A stretch of 64,000 nt of DNA, taken from assembly GCA_963807605.1 (NCBI GenBank), contig CAWECG010000001.1:384001-448000 (forward strand). The letters run 5' to 3'. Source of the DNA: Candidatus Bathyarchaeota archaeon. GTDB lineage: Archaea; Thermoproteota; Bathyarchaeia; 40CM-2-53-6; RBG-13-38-9. The notes beneath the pieces were generated by a model. That model searched no databases, was not told the DNA's origin, and saw only the letters and a list, made by a program, of their open reading frames with translations. The translations under genes and the position numbers were made by a program. Below are positions 22,338-32,726 of this stretch, in pieces; the first letter of the stretch is position 1, and the number at the start of each line of letters is the position of its first letter.

Positions 22338-22799
22338 TCATCTCACTATTGTGACGGGACAGGAAGCGTGCCGCGCCACCTTGTCTGTGACGCTGCCGAA
22401 TAGAAACTGTTCTGCCCTTCCGAAGCCTGTACTTCCAATAACTATCAGGTCTGAACGAACCTTCCTCGCATACGAAATTATCTGTTCTGCGGGCTTACCA
22501 GAGACACAATAGGTTTTGAGACTTACACCCTTGACTTTACTTTTCTTACGTGCCTTCTCAAAAATATCTTTGACAGCCAATTCTTGGTATGTGTGTATAG
22601 CATCCCTAACGTGAACCCCACTGATCACGTCTTTCAGAGCCTCCTCCGTTTCTTCGACCGCACTTCTGTCTATTACATGCATTACCCACAGCTTCGCCCC
22701 ATAAGTTGCAGCCAAGTCCAAGGCAAAATCTAATGCTTTTTTCGATCGTTCTGACCCGTCCATTGGAACAAGAATTCTCTTCAACATACTACTGGACAC
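22338..22799 (-). CDS. Universal stress protein
   Basis: ILVPMDGS, GSTG, GSV...CPVTIV. Confidence 0.93.
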   Translation of the reverse strand: MSSSMLKRILVPMDGSERSKKALDFALDLAATYGAKLWVMHVIDRSAVEETEEALKDVISGVHVRDAIHTYQELAVKDIFEKARKKSKVKGVSLKTYCVSGKPAEQIISYARKVRSDLIVIGSTGFGRAEQFLFGSVTDKVARHASCPVTIVR

Positions 22800-23112
22800 T
22801 CCTCTTCAAGATGAAAGTTGATCCACTACGGTATTCTCTCTCATGATATTTGAGTCGTTTGTATAAGGTTAGAAATGCATTCATCGGTAGTCATGCTTCT
22901 TAGTGCACTAATGCAAATTGTGATAGCTCGTTTCGCTTCTCAACGATAGTAGTATGCCCTCTCCATGAGTGGATTCATGGGGGTTACGGAGGTTCTGACC
23001 TTCGATTCCATGGTGAGAGAGGCTTTATGAAGTCCCTGATTATTATTCATACATTCGTGCGCCGAAAAAATTCACTATCTGCCAAGAACTTGCTTGTAGG
23101 CCGAAATGCAAT

Positions 23113-23232
23113 ATGAGTGAATGTTGTGTAAAATGCCCTAAATGCGGCGAGAACAAACTCATCTTAGATCATCTGCATGGGTATTTTAAATGTAAGAATT
23201 GCGGGTACAAGGAAGTTCGGGAGAGAGGCTGA
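23113..23232 (+). CDS. Small TFIIB-type zinc-ribbon protein, 39 aa (not in the ORF track)
   Basis: MSECCVKCPKCGENKLILDHLHGYFKCKNCGYKEVRERG. Confidence 0.55.
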   Translation: MSECCVKCPKCGENKLILDHLHGYFKCKNCGYKEVRERG

Positions 23233-23444
23233 AGAGAGCTCATTCCGCGGTGTGACAGACCAGTTAAGCGTCTCAGAGACGGCCTGTATCTAAAACATAG
23301 ATAATGTTGTGTACATCGCACATGCAGGTCGGGCGACATACCGTTGCCAACATCTCGATGATAAGAAAGCTTAGTGCTCGCTGCACGTTTGCACGGAAAG
23401 TGAGCGCACGCCAGAAAATCAGAGCGCGCGCGTATTCTCTATTT

Positions 23445-24104
23445 TTAAGGCCCACCTGTGAAATATGCTGTCACAGTGTGATCATAGTTCATCACAAGTG
23501 TAACTGAGGCAGAGGGCGTGTAGTTAACACCGTCAATAGTCCAGTAGCTTAACGCATAGCCGCCATAGGGGTAGGCGGTTACTGTCACAACTGATCCAGC
23601 AGAATACGAGTAAGTCCCAATTGATGGAGAGGTAACACCCTGTCCGCTATTGTATATCGTAAGCTGAGCCGTTACCATTACGCCGCTGTTATAGAAGTTC
23701 CAATTGTAATTGTTCCAATTGTAATTGTTCCAATTGTAATGGTGATGAGTAATAATACCGCCATGTCTGTCATTACGTCCATTATGATTGCCTCCATTGG
23801 CCCCCCCGATAGTGAAACTGTGGGTAGCCCCGGCAACTGTTGCTTGGGCCTGCGTAGGAGTCGTTATCACGTTCCAAGACTTGGTCCCGCTCAAAGACTT
23901 GGTTCCGCTCCAATGTCTGGGGCCGGAGGAGTTTCCATGCGTGGAATAGGCCGTGTTAAGGATTCTGCCCTCGTTTGTGCTCGTTTTATCTGGCGCCGCA
24001 TTTGCTGTCGCTGTAAGTGTGACGCTCGTCGCTAGCGCCGAACCTATAACTACTACGATCATCACTGCTACCGTAAGTGGGTCGATCTTACTTTTTGCTC
24101 TCAT
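23445..24104 (-). CDS. Secreted protein with a C-terminal InlB B-repeat-like domain
   Basis: Signal anchor; (YNWNN) repeats; GSVVTVTAYP...W..DG...VTAYF; start chosen by alignment with 32727. Confidence 0.7.
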   Translation of the reverse strand: MRAKSKIDPLTVAVMIVVVIGSALATSVTLTATANAAPDKTSTNEGRILNTAYSTHGNSSGPRHWSGTKSLSGTKSWNVITTPTQAQATVAGATHSFTIGGANGGNHNGRNDRHGGIITHHHYNWNNYNWNNYNWNFYNSGVMVTAQLTIYNSGQGVTSPSIGTYSYSAGSVVTVTAYPYGGYALSYWTIDGVNYTPSASVTLVMNYDHTVTAYFTGGP

Positions 24105-24332
24105 TTTTCCCACCATACTGTAATGAAGATGGATATCTAGGTATGTAGGTTGTGGAACTTTGTTAGTGAACAATGTTAACTTACTAGTTATGTAAGAGTG
24201 TGCGCGTCCACAAAGAACCGGCGTCTCCCAGACTTCTTATGGGTCTTTCCGGTGTCCTTTCGATCTTCTTGATTTTGTGTGTCCGCAAGTCTTGAATTTG
24301 GAACTCGGAAATAAGTGCACTTCGAGACGGGT

Positions 24333-24483
24333 GATGCTTTTGGCCTTTATTGGGCCTTGGGAGATGTTGCTTCTTGCCTTTATTGTTGTACCGGCTGCAA
24401 TAGTCAGTTTTCACTCACAAGAACACAAGGTTCCCAATAGAGGAGTATGGATTTTCATAACACTCGTAACGTCTGCTTGGCCT
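24333..24483 (+). pseudogene. N-terminal fragment of a small membrane protein ending at the GCGCGCGC motif
   Basis: MLLAFIGPWEMLLLAFIVVPAAIV...NRGVWIFITLVT, then the motif and repeat sequence. Confidence 0.45.
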
Positions 24484-24597
24484 AAGCGCGCGCTAGCCTC
24501 CAGATTTGAACCGTTAGAGGAGAGTGTGTGTGCTCACCAGCTAATGCACATACACATGCCCCTTGGTGAGCGACGACGACGTTCACCAAGGGATACT
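24484..24597. repeat. GCGC motif + modular REP-like element
   Basis: aagcgcgcgcta...atttgaaccgttag...gtgtgtgtgctcaccagcta...cccttggtgagcgacgacgac..tcaccaagggatac. Confidence 0.85.
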
Positions 24598-24657
24598 TCT
24601 TTTTCTTGCTCAGCATCTATTCACATGGATAAAAGATTCGCTAAATGGAGAACATAA

Positions 24658-25011
24658 ATGAACAACTTTCCAAATTTCATGAAAAACCCGAAGAATGCCA
24701 TAGATCCATCTTCGCAAAGCAAAGGGGTGAAAGGTTACATTTACGATGGAGCTGACGGTGGCCAAATGACCTTTTGGGAATGTCATATTGATGGCAAATC
24801 TCATGAGCATGTCCACAATTTTGATGAGTACTTTGTGATTGTGCAGGGGCAATATACGCTGATACTAAATAGTCAGAAAATCCTATTGAAAACTGGTGAC
24901 GAATACTTCATACCGATGGGAATAAAACATGCCGGTGAATTCACATCTGGAACCAAAACAATACATGCTTTTGGTGGAAGGCGTGCAGAAAGAGCGGCGA
25001 CGGACAGATAA
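24658..25011 (+). CDS. Cupin domain protein
   Basis: H.H..DEY....G and IP.G..H motifs. Confidence 0.88.
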   Translation: MNNFPNFMKNPKNAIDPSSQSKGVKGYIYDGADGGQMTFWECHIDGKSHEHVHNFDEYFVIVQGQYTLILNSQKILLKTGDEYFIPMGIKHAGEFTSGTKTIHAFGGRRAERAATDR

Positions 25012-25129
25012 CCTCGTGACTACCCGATGCTATCCAGCATAAAGCGTGCGCTGCCCATAATTATGGCTCGCTTAGCGAGCAGAGAAAAAAGAAAAGCGCC
25101 GGTGTATCTGTCTTTTGATCCAGGGCATG

Positions 25130-25528
25130 TTACTTCTTATAGAGTGTTGAGAGCACGTATCCATATGGGATCCACATGAAGAATCCTCCGTAGATGAGCC
25201 CAACCGCTATATTGGTTGCGTTGGTTGCCATGCCAACGAGGACGACGTAGGAACCGGCTGCGATGTCTTTGACGAGCCAGATCATCAGGCCGAAGTAGAG
25301 GCCTTTCATGACGCCTTTCCCAGGAATCCCATCATAGAACCTTTGGTAGAACATGCTGAATATTGCGCCCCAGATTATTGTGAGGACGATCATCACTAGA
25401 ACAAAAGTTGAGGTCGAACCTGGAGCGGCTGTCATGAGCCCTGATGAAACGCCTATGAACGCAAAAATGCTTCCCACTATGCCACCGACAAGTCCTGCAA
25501 TAGCACCCGCCGCAATAACGCTTTTCAA
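25130..25528 (-). CDS. Hypothetical 4-TM membrane protein
   Basis: Hydrophobic helices; GGAGGTGA SD upstream. Confidence 0.8.
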   Translation of the reverse strand: MKSVIAAGAIAGLVGGIVGSIFAFIGVSSGLMTAAPGSTSTFVLVMIVLTIIWGAIFSMFYQRFYDGIPGKGVMKGLYFGLMIWLVKDIAAGSYVVLVGMATNATNIAVGLIYGGFFMWIPYGYVLSTLYKK

Positions 25529-25629
25529 ATACTCACCTCCTATCTCGTGGATCGGTAAAAAAAGTCTTTAGATCAAGTCCGTGTCAAATAGATTTAACAC
25601 TTGTCAAAAGCGGTTCTGTAGAGTCTTCA

Positions 25630-25710
25630 TCGTCGTTCATGTCCCTTGGTGAGCACACACAAAACCCACTCTAACGGTTCAAATTTGGGTGCTCTCACGA
25701 GCTAGGACAA
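25630..25710. repeat. Modular REP-like element
   Basis: gtcccttggtgagcacacac...ctaacggttcaaat..ggtgctctcacgagctagg. Confidence 0.85.
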
Positions 25711-25773
25711 ATCATAACTACTAGCAAGAAATGTTTGAAATAGTGGGCCGGTAAGGCCTGAGCTCCGAGGTGG

Positions 25774-26575
25774 TTGTTTTCAATGCCGAAAGTGGGGGTG
25801 AATGATATTCAGATTTACTATGAAGTGCATGGTGAAGGCTTTCCATTAATAATGATTCACGGGTTAGGTGCAAACACAGACTGGTGGGAGCGCTGGGTTA
25901 CAGAACTCTCCAAGAAATTCATGACAGTAATCTTCGACAACAGGGGGGCTGGACGCACCGACGTATCTGACAGAAGATACACCATCAGACTGTTTGCTGA
26001 TGACACAGCGGGTTTGATGGATAACTTGGGAATTTCTAGGGCTCACGTGCTTGGACTTTCAATGGGTGGAATGATAGCACAAGAGCTGGTGCTCAACTAC
26101 CCCCAGAAAGTCGAAAAGCTCGTCCTCTGCTCCACCAACTGTGGAGGTAGAAAGAGGGTTCCACCATCTAAGGATGTGATGGGAAGGCTCATGGCTGACA
26201 GAAGCACTTTGTCTGAGAAAGAAAAAGCCAAAATGGATTCCAACGAAAGTCTAACCGAAGATTTCGCCAAAAAGAACCCTGACTTAGTAGAGCGCATGGT
26301 AGCAACAGATCCTTAAGGCTCCAATTTCAGACGAAGCCTACAAGCGACAACTGAATGCAATAATGGAATTCGACACCTATGATAGGCTACCTCAGATTAA
26401 GGCCCCCACTCTGATATTAGCAGGTAAACAGGATATCCTCATGCCTCCTGGGAACGGTTCAATCTTGGCTGAAGCCATACCCAATGCTAAGCTTGTCTAT
26501 CTTGAAAAGTCAGCCCACGGTCTTCAAGAAGAAATGGATGAAGTAATCAACTCTGTAACAGGTTTCCTTGGCTAA
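25774..26575 (+). pseudogene. Alpha/beta hydrolase split by a +1 frameshift near 26300
   Basis: GLSMGG nucleophile motif in the first ORF; catalytic D/H in 26363..26575. Confidence 0.85.
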
Positions 26576-26690
26576 CCTTTGCACTATCGCACATATGATA
26601 TGGAACTCTGATGTAAACCAAGCATTAAGTCTCGCCAGTTACCGCCTGAACTCTTTTTGCCATAAGAGTTGATTGAACTCTTGAAAAGGT

Positions 26691-26738
26691 TAGCGCGCGT
26701 TTTTTTTGTGTGTGCTCACCAGCTGGGTCACACACACA
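26691..26738. repeat. GCGC motif + single-arm element
   Basis: tagcgcgcgt...gtgtgtgctcaccagctgggtcacacacac. Confidence 0.75.
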
Positions 26739-26855
26739 AGCAAGGACGGATTCCAGGTTGACCGGCTAATTCTCAGGGATCCCTCCCTTCACTTGTCAAG
26801 TTATGAAAGCCCATATATTGTCAACCCGTTATAATTATGAGTTGGCGGAAAGAAA

Positions 26856-27149
26856 ATGCCTCACTACATTGTCTTGGTGAAACTAACTGAGAAGGGAAGA
26901 CAAAACTTCAAGCAGGGATGGATGAAGGACAGGCCGCAAGTAAAAGCGCAGGTTCAGAAGATGGGTGGAAAAATGACAGGATACATGACGTTCGGTCAAT
27001 ACGACAGTGTGGAGCTTCTAGAACTACCGGACGACAAAGCTGCTGCGCGATTCGCAATGATGGCCGGAGCAACTGGCCTGATAAGAACCGTGACTCTCAA
27101 AGCCTTCTCAGAAGACGAAGTTGACAAGATGGTCCAGGAAATTCTTTAG
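26856..27149 (+). CDS. GYD domain protein
   Basis: TFGQYD...T.TLKAFS. Confidence 0.9.
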   Translation: MPHYIVLVKLTEKGRQNFKQGWMKDRPQVKAQVQKMGGKMTGYMTFGQYDSVELLELPDDKAAARFAMMAGATGLIRTVTLKAFSEDEVDKMVQEIL

Positions 27150-27196
27150 ATTCCTGACCATCTCGTTTCCTTTTTTTATCGCCTCAGCCGTCTGGC

Positions 27197-27320
27197 TTTT
27201 GTGTGTGTGCCCTAGCTGGTGAGAGCACCGTAATTTGAACCGGCAGATTCTTTGTGTGTGTGCTCACCAAGGGACAGGGGATATGGATAACTGGGTGGTT
27301 TTGGTTTCCACGTAGATGTT
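27197..27320. repeat. Modular REP-like element with a partial GGGATAT module
   Basis: gtgtgtgtgccctagctggtgagagcac..atttgaaccg..gtgtgtgtgctcaccaagggacaggggatatggataactgg. Confidence 0.85.
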
Positions 27321-27420
27321 AGATAAGGCTAGGTGGGATTGTCTAGCCGATTTTGTTCTTCAGGGTTTTCTGTTGATGTTCAGTTTTAACTTATATTAGC
27401 TTTCTTTTCAAGATATGTTG

Positions 27421-27996
27421 TTAATAGCTATTAATTTTTTGACTTATTAGTGAACTTATTAGTTTGGCAGTGTCGCTTTCTATTCTTTCTAGATCCGCGT
27501 CGTTAGGTCGGCCTCTTATGTCTCCCAGTCTGCCTTTTGTACTGAACTCTTCAGATCCATGAAATTCACCTATGACATACCATTCTGCTTTTACGTTGAA
27601 TCCGATATGTTCAAAGACTTGGCGCATGATTTTGCCGGCGGGGGTAGCTTCATCTATTCCAGTATGAACGCCTGAGTAAGTACAGAATATGATCGCATTT
27701 TTGCCCGGAACCTTGGGAGCGGACAGCTTAACGTATCCCTTACTCCGATAATGCATCAACTTTCGCTTGAGGAAATCCATCATAGGAGGAGCCGGCAACC
27801 TTTCATACGGAGGTGCACCGATACAGACTAGGTCATAATTGAAAAAGTCTTCTTGTTCCGCTTCATCAACCTTCTCAACAATGGGTGTTACTCCCGTCTT
27901 TCTCATACCCTTCGATATAGCTTCCTTAACCTTCTCCGTGTTTCCAGTTTTCGACCAATAAATAATCAAAGCTTTGAATTGTTCTATTTCTTTCAT
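27421..27996 (-). CDS. Flavodoxin-like protein
   Basis: IYWSKTGNTEKV FMN-binding loop. Confidence 0.88.
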   Translation of the reverse strand: MKEIEQFKALIIYWSKTGNTEKVKEAISKGMRKTGVTPIVEKVDEAEQEDFFNYDLVCIGAPPYERLPAPPMMDFLKRKLMHYRSKGYVKLSAPKVPGKNAIIFCTYSGVHTGIDEATPAGKIMRQVFEHIGFNVKAEWYVIGEFHGSEEFSTKGRLGDIRGRPNDADLERIESDTAKLISSLISQKINSY

Positions 27997-28184
27997 GATT
28001 ATCGTCGCTAATGTCTTTACTCCTTCTATTTATAGAATAGGGCATTCAAATCAATTCTGACTTATAACAAGTCACATCATCGATCTGACGAATTCATAAG
28101 GTGTGTATTACTGTTATTGTTTTCCATCTCATGCCTTGCTTACTTTTCTGAAGGCAACTATGTCTTGGCTTCTTGAAGAGCGCG

Positions 28185-28319
28185 CTAGAGCCTGCCACAC
28201 TTACCAGTGAAGTATTTGGACTACCAACGAACAAGCTTGAGATCTTAACACCCTACCTAACATTAGCAGGACTAGTCGCTGCAGTATCCGCAGTAGTGGT
28301 TAGGAGAAGAAGAGCCTAA
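28185..28319 (+). pseudogene. Orphan C-terminal membrane anchor of a surface protein
   Basis: LPTNKLEILTPYLTLAGLVAAVSAVVVRRRRA-stop; begins at gagcgcgctag (28178-28188). Confidence 0.65.
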
Positions 28320-28377
28320 CCAAATATTCCTCCTCTTTTTTCGTAAATTCCTAGGATAGTTTCTTTTTCGTCGTATA

Positions 28378-28510
28378 GGCGAGCGTAGCGAGCCAGTTGT
28401 TTTTTTGTGTGTGCCGTAGTTGGTGAGAGCACCCTAATTTGAACCATTAGGTTTTAGTTTTTTTGTGTGTGTGCATTAGCTGGTGAGCGACGACGACACG
28501 ACGACGCGAC
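28378..28510. repeat. Modular REP-like element with GNA hairpin
   Basis: ggcgagcgtagcgagcc...tagttggtgagagcac..atttgaacc...tagctggtgagcgacgacgac. Confidence 0.85.
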
Positions 28511-29401
28511 ATTTTTGCAAGCTACTAGCGCGATGACTGTCGCTGTCACAAACAGACTTGGAATTGTTCATATTGGGAATTCCGGAATTGAAATCTTCGG
28601 GGTGAGTTTACCCCCGTTAGCCAATGAATATGTCAACCCGCCTAGTGCGCTGTTTGCATCGAGGCTTGCGTCGTAGTAGACTGTATGTCCGTTGCCGTAA
28701 ATGTTGGTTATCGTGGTTCCTGAAATCCCGCCTGTATCGGTTAGACCTATCAGAACTGAGTCAGCCGTCACATTCCAAGTGCTGGTTAAATCAAGGGTCA
28801 GTGCTGCCGAGTTGATGTAACCCGTTAAAGCCGTATTATTCTTCAGCGTGGCCATGATTGAGCTTATGCTATCAGTGATTAGATTGCCAGTTAGCGTTTC
28901 ACCATTCGCCGTGAAGGTTACGGTGCCAGCGTTCGATCCATTTTGACCCCAGTTGCCAGCACCCGCAGACAGAAGAATGCCCGAATTCGTGCTGACTTGA
29001 ACGCCCCCTTTCAACATAATCACCGCTTTCGTGTTTGTGACGTAAAAGGCAGGACCAACAGTCGCCGTGAGCGAGCCTCCAGTCATCGTGAATGTTCCAG
29101 TACCTAAAGAAGAATCTCCCGACATGCTTTGGTAAATCATTACACCCCATTTTTTCGAGCCCGACAGAACCGTATTCGTTAAAGTTATCGAGTTCAACCC
29201 TTCAATCACGCCTGCCTCAGCTCCAGTAGCTGTTATCGTTGCGCCCACAATCGTAATGGCGCCAGTCGAATAAATGCCGGGAGAGTCGGTTCCGGAGGTA
29301 ATTATTGTGCCACCCGTGGCAGTTATTGTGCCGCCGCCGCGGTTGGTTGCGATGGCGGCACCATTTGCTCCTGCAGTTGTGATGTTCACTTTAGAGTACA
29401 C
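28511..29401 (-). pseudogene. Beta-helix surface protein fragment with a PEF-CTERM anchor interrupted by TGA
   Basis: Gly/Thr-rich repeats; no signal peptide; IPEFPI-TGA-TIPSLFVTATVIALVACK. Confidence 0.75.
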
Positions 29402-29527
29402 AAGATTTTCGTGTAGTTCTATAGTGCATTAGCACTCGTTTTACCGTACATTCAAGTACACTTTTGTACATATCATAGTTTCATAACGCTAAAAAAGGTG
29501 AATAAAGGTTTCTAGAGGAGTATAGAA

Positions 29528-29716
29528 TCAACTTCCACTTACACCCTTCATTATCCAGCCTATTCCGCTAAACAAGATGCCTATTGAGAGAAGAATTACA
29601 AGAATCTCAATACCTAATCTTGGGAATAGGAGAACGGCAAGAGCAACAAATAAAGTAATCAATCCGAATATTACTTCAAGAGCTCGTTTCCATGCGGCAA
29701 TCATTTTTCTTTTCAC
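29528..29716 (-). CDS. Small DUF308/HdeD-like membrane protein or fragment
   Basis: Two TM helices with an FP.LG motif. Confidence 0.5.
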   Translation of the reverse strand: MKRKMIAAWKRALEVIFGLITLFVALAVLLFPRLGIEILVILLSIGILFSGIGWIMKGVSGS

Positions 29717-30439
29717 CTCGGTATAATACGTTTACCTCTTTATTGTTCGTCTTTTGCATAAAAGACTTAGCACTTTCGTAGTATTGCAAGAGCCTTTTTA
29801 TTACGTCATCGTATTTTTACGCTTTTACGGCTTCTAACTCATCTCTTAGACCTATTGCCTTTGCCAGTAGCAGCTCTAGACTTTGTCGCCTTGCCAAGTG
29901 TTAAATTCAGAACTTGGACAAAATGATCTCAACGAGGATTACCTTGCGTCTTAAGGTATCTCTTGTTCTTACTGTTACTGTATTGATATTTACATCTCTC
30001 TTGTCCAACGTATATGCTGCGAGTACTTTGCAGATCACGGTCAACGAGTCTGGACAAGGAAATACGGTACTCACCTATACCGGTGGGGATTTCGATATTC
30101 CGTATGACAGCTATCAGACAGTAGGAGATTCACTCTTCAAAGCAGCTATTGTTTACGCAGCATCACAGCTTGGTTTCTCGGTGCTATTTTCAAGCATAAT
30201 GATAGACATCAGTCAGTCAACGAAGACCATGACGATCACCGCCACAATCACCAACATCGCTCAGCAGATCGATGCTACGACTTGGCGAATTAATGCAACC
30301 CTAGCTAAAACCGTCTATACTTCATGGAATCAATCAGGCACCACTTTCACTTTCACAGCACCAACAAAGCCTCAGTTACCGTTCCCTCAGACATTCAACT
30401 TACAATTGCCTTCAAACGCAGTAAATATCCAATTCAATC

Positions 30440-31518
30440 TGCTGTGTTGCATGACTAGACATTTTTGTTTATGGATGTAGGTTTGAGTTTTCGGTTTATT
30501 GACGTGGAAGTGGTTGGATGATCTATATTGCCTGTGAGAGAACTATTCCACGATTGTGATTGGCTGCTAGAGATTGGAGACGCATCAATGAGGGTCTCGT
30601 GAAGCGTGGGGAGATCCTGCTTGACCCACGCATCCTTGACAGGTGGAACATTGAGCTTGAAAAGATGAATACTGGGAAGGAAGGTGGACAATACGTCTAC
30701 CCTGAGATCTTCATCAGGCTTCTAGGCTACATGCACCTGCTATTCCACCTACCCTACAGGCAGACAGAAGGATTCCTCAAAGCCCTGAGAAGATTCGACT
30801 CAAGGATCCATGTGCCTGACTATTCAACCATAGATAGACGCGTGAACAGGTTAGATGTGAAGCTGGATGAGAAAGATTATGGCGACGACATAGTCCTGGC
30901 GGTGGACGCATCAGGCATCAAGGTGGCTAACCGCGGCGAATGGATACGCCATAAATGGAAGGTGAGACGCGGATACCTCAAGATCCATATCGCCGTTGAT
31001 GTAAAGCGGAAGAAGATACTCGCCTTGAAGGTGACGGATGAGAAGACAGGTGACGGAGGGATGCTCCAGCCGCTTGTTGATGAAGCCTCCAAGAAAGGTA
31101 AGGTCGCCAAGGCAATTGGCGACGGAGCATACGATATGAAAAGCAACTTCCGCTATCTCAACGCAAAAGGGATTGAGCCAGCCATCAAGGTGCGCAAGAA
31201 CACATCCAGCAGGGCCGGAGGATGCATGCCCAGAAAGCTCGTAGCCCAAGAATACCTCAAAGACCCTGAAGCCTGGAAACACAATCATGGCTACGGGTAT
31301 AGATGGATGGCTGAATCAGCCTTCTCATCGCTGAAGCGAACCTTCGGAGAATACGTCTCAGCCAAAACGATGCAAAACATGGCACAGGAGATGATGATCA
31401 AAGCCTCACTATACAACATGCTGATAGAAACAACCACAGCAACACACGGCTAGACGAAACCTGAAGACAGCCAACAAAAGCGAAAAACATCACTGAAACC
31501 TAGTCGCGCAACACAGCA
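30440..31518 (+). mobile_element. IS5-family (ISH1/IS903-like) insertion sequence
   Basis: 19-bp TIR tgctgtgttgc(at/gc)gactag; 8-bp target duplication attcaatc at 30432-30439 and 31519-31526. Confidence 0.92.
30560..31453 (+). CDS. IS5-family DDE transposase
   Basis: PDYSTI, VDASG, KIHIAVD, GDGAYD, R.MAES.FS..KR.FG. Confidence 0.95.
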   Translation: MAARDWRRINEGLVKRGEILLDPRILDRWNIELEKMNTGKEGGQYVYPEIFIRLLGYMHLLFHLPYRQTEGFLKALRRFDSRIHVPDYSTIDRRVNRLDVKLDEKDYGDDIVLAVDASGIKVANRGEWIRHKWKVRRGYLKIHIAVDVKRKKILALKVTDEKTGDGGMLQPLVDEASKKGKVAKAIGDGAYDMKSNFRYLNAKGIEPAIKVRKNTSSRAGGCMPRKLVAQEYLKDPEAWKHNHGYGYRWMAESAFSSLKRTFGEYVSAKTMQNMAQEMMIKASLYNMLIETTTATHG

Positions 31519-31991
31519 ATTCAATCCAGACACTTACATACTTACATATCAACTATCGACACCAACTCCAACACCTACTCCTGCGCCCCGTTCAGGCTGT
31601 GTAATAGCTACGGCCACCTTCGGAAGTCCAATGGCTCCCGAAGTTGTTTACATGCGAAATGTCCGAGACAACATGATCGGTTCAAATGAAGTCGGAAAGG
31701 CAATCGTAATAGGATGGAATAGCTTCTATTACAGTTGGTCCCCGCAAGTTGCACAATTTATTGATACTTACGGTACAACAAAGCCAATCTTCAGAGTTCT
31801 TCTTTTGCCTTTAGTTGGAACAGTTCACTTGACCGCAGTAATCTATGACACAATTTCAATAGTCAATACGTCTCTCGCATCCATAGTTGCCTTTTTGATT
31901 GCAGCACTGTCCTCAATTTCTATCTACATAGTCTGTCCACTGATAACAATCAGACTTATTTACAGGAAGGCAGTTTTGTTTTGCGAAATAT

Positions 31992-32348
31992 CTACGTGAA
32001 GGCTTCTCCGATATACTCCATGTACTTCTTCTTTTGAAATGTCAAGTAACCTTTGGCCATCGGATTAGAGAGATCAAGTGTCGTAGTAGCTTCAACCTTC
32101 ATCCCCTCAGGAATCAAGCCCTTGGAGAAAACGTCTTTCGTTATTGCTCCAAGTCTATATGGGTCGTCAACGTTAACGTATCTACCGAATGTTTCACCGC
32201 TAGTAAGGCTATCAATAGTTTCAAAGACCTCTATGGCGGTAATTTTCTGATGGCTAGTTCTGGCTAGTTGCGACCAAGTTTTGAAAAGTTTGTCACGATC
32301 TCTTCCATATCCTGCGTCCATGAATTTACTGATAGCATCAATTCTCAT
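31992..32348 (-). CDS. Hypothetical protein
   Basis: 118 aa; GGAG SD upstream. Confidence 0.6.
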   Translation of the reverse strand: MRIDAISKFMDAGYGRDRDKLFKTWSQLARTSHQKITAIEVFETIDSLTSGETFGRYVNVDDPYRLGAITKDVFSKGLIPEGMKVEATTTLDLSNPMAKGYLTFQKKKYMEYIGEAFT

Positions 32349-32520
32349 AATCGATGCTCTACTCCTACCAAAGCTGCAAGGGTTGCATCCGCGATTATCT
32401 GCTTCCTAGTCAAGGCGCTCATTTAATAGTTCCTTCCGTAGCAGCCTGTCCAAAGATTCCGATCAATTAGTAGTTGCTGAAATACTGCATTTGAATCTTT
32501 GCACCCGCACGCGGGTCATG

Positions 32521-32634
32521 ATGTGTGTGCCCTAGCTGGTGAGCACCCACCACCACCACACACAATTCTAACTCACTCTAACGGTTCAAATCCGGATGCT
32601 CTCACCAAGGGGCACACACACCAAGCGCGCGCTA
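32521..32634. repeat. Modular REP-like element ending in AAGCGCGCGCTA
   Basis: gtgtgtgccctagctggtgagcac(cac)n...ctaacggttcaaatccggatgctctcaccaaggggcacacac. Confidence 0.88.
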
Positions 32635-32726
32635 ACTACGAGCGCGTATGGGTTAACATTGTTCACTAACAATGTTCCACAACGTACATACCTAGAGATC
32701 CATTATCGTTACAGCATGGTGAAAAA

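Larger units (their letters stand above)
29914..31999 (+). pseudogene. Surface protein with PT linker and CFI-box-CTERM domain, interrupted by an IS
   Basis: Removing the IS restores VNIQFNPDTYILTYQLSTPTPTPTPAPRSGCVIATATFGSPMAPEV, which continues into 31631..31999. Confidence 0.85.

Noticed and set aside
28568-28570. Selenocysteine or recoded TGA
   Set aside because: Non-catalytic position in an already truncated gene; TGA is a normal stop elsewhere in the window.
32529-32600. tRNA gene (AGCTGGTGAGCAC resembles a D-arm, GGTTCAAATCC a T-loop)
   Set aside because: No acceptor or anticodon stem; the middle is microsatellite. A remote tRNA ancestry cannot be excluded without a covariance search.
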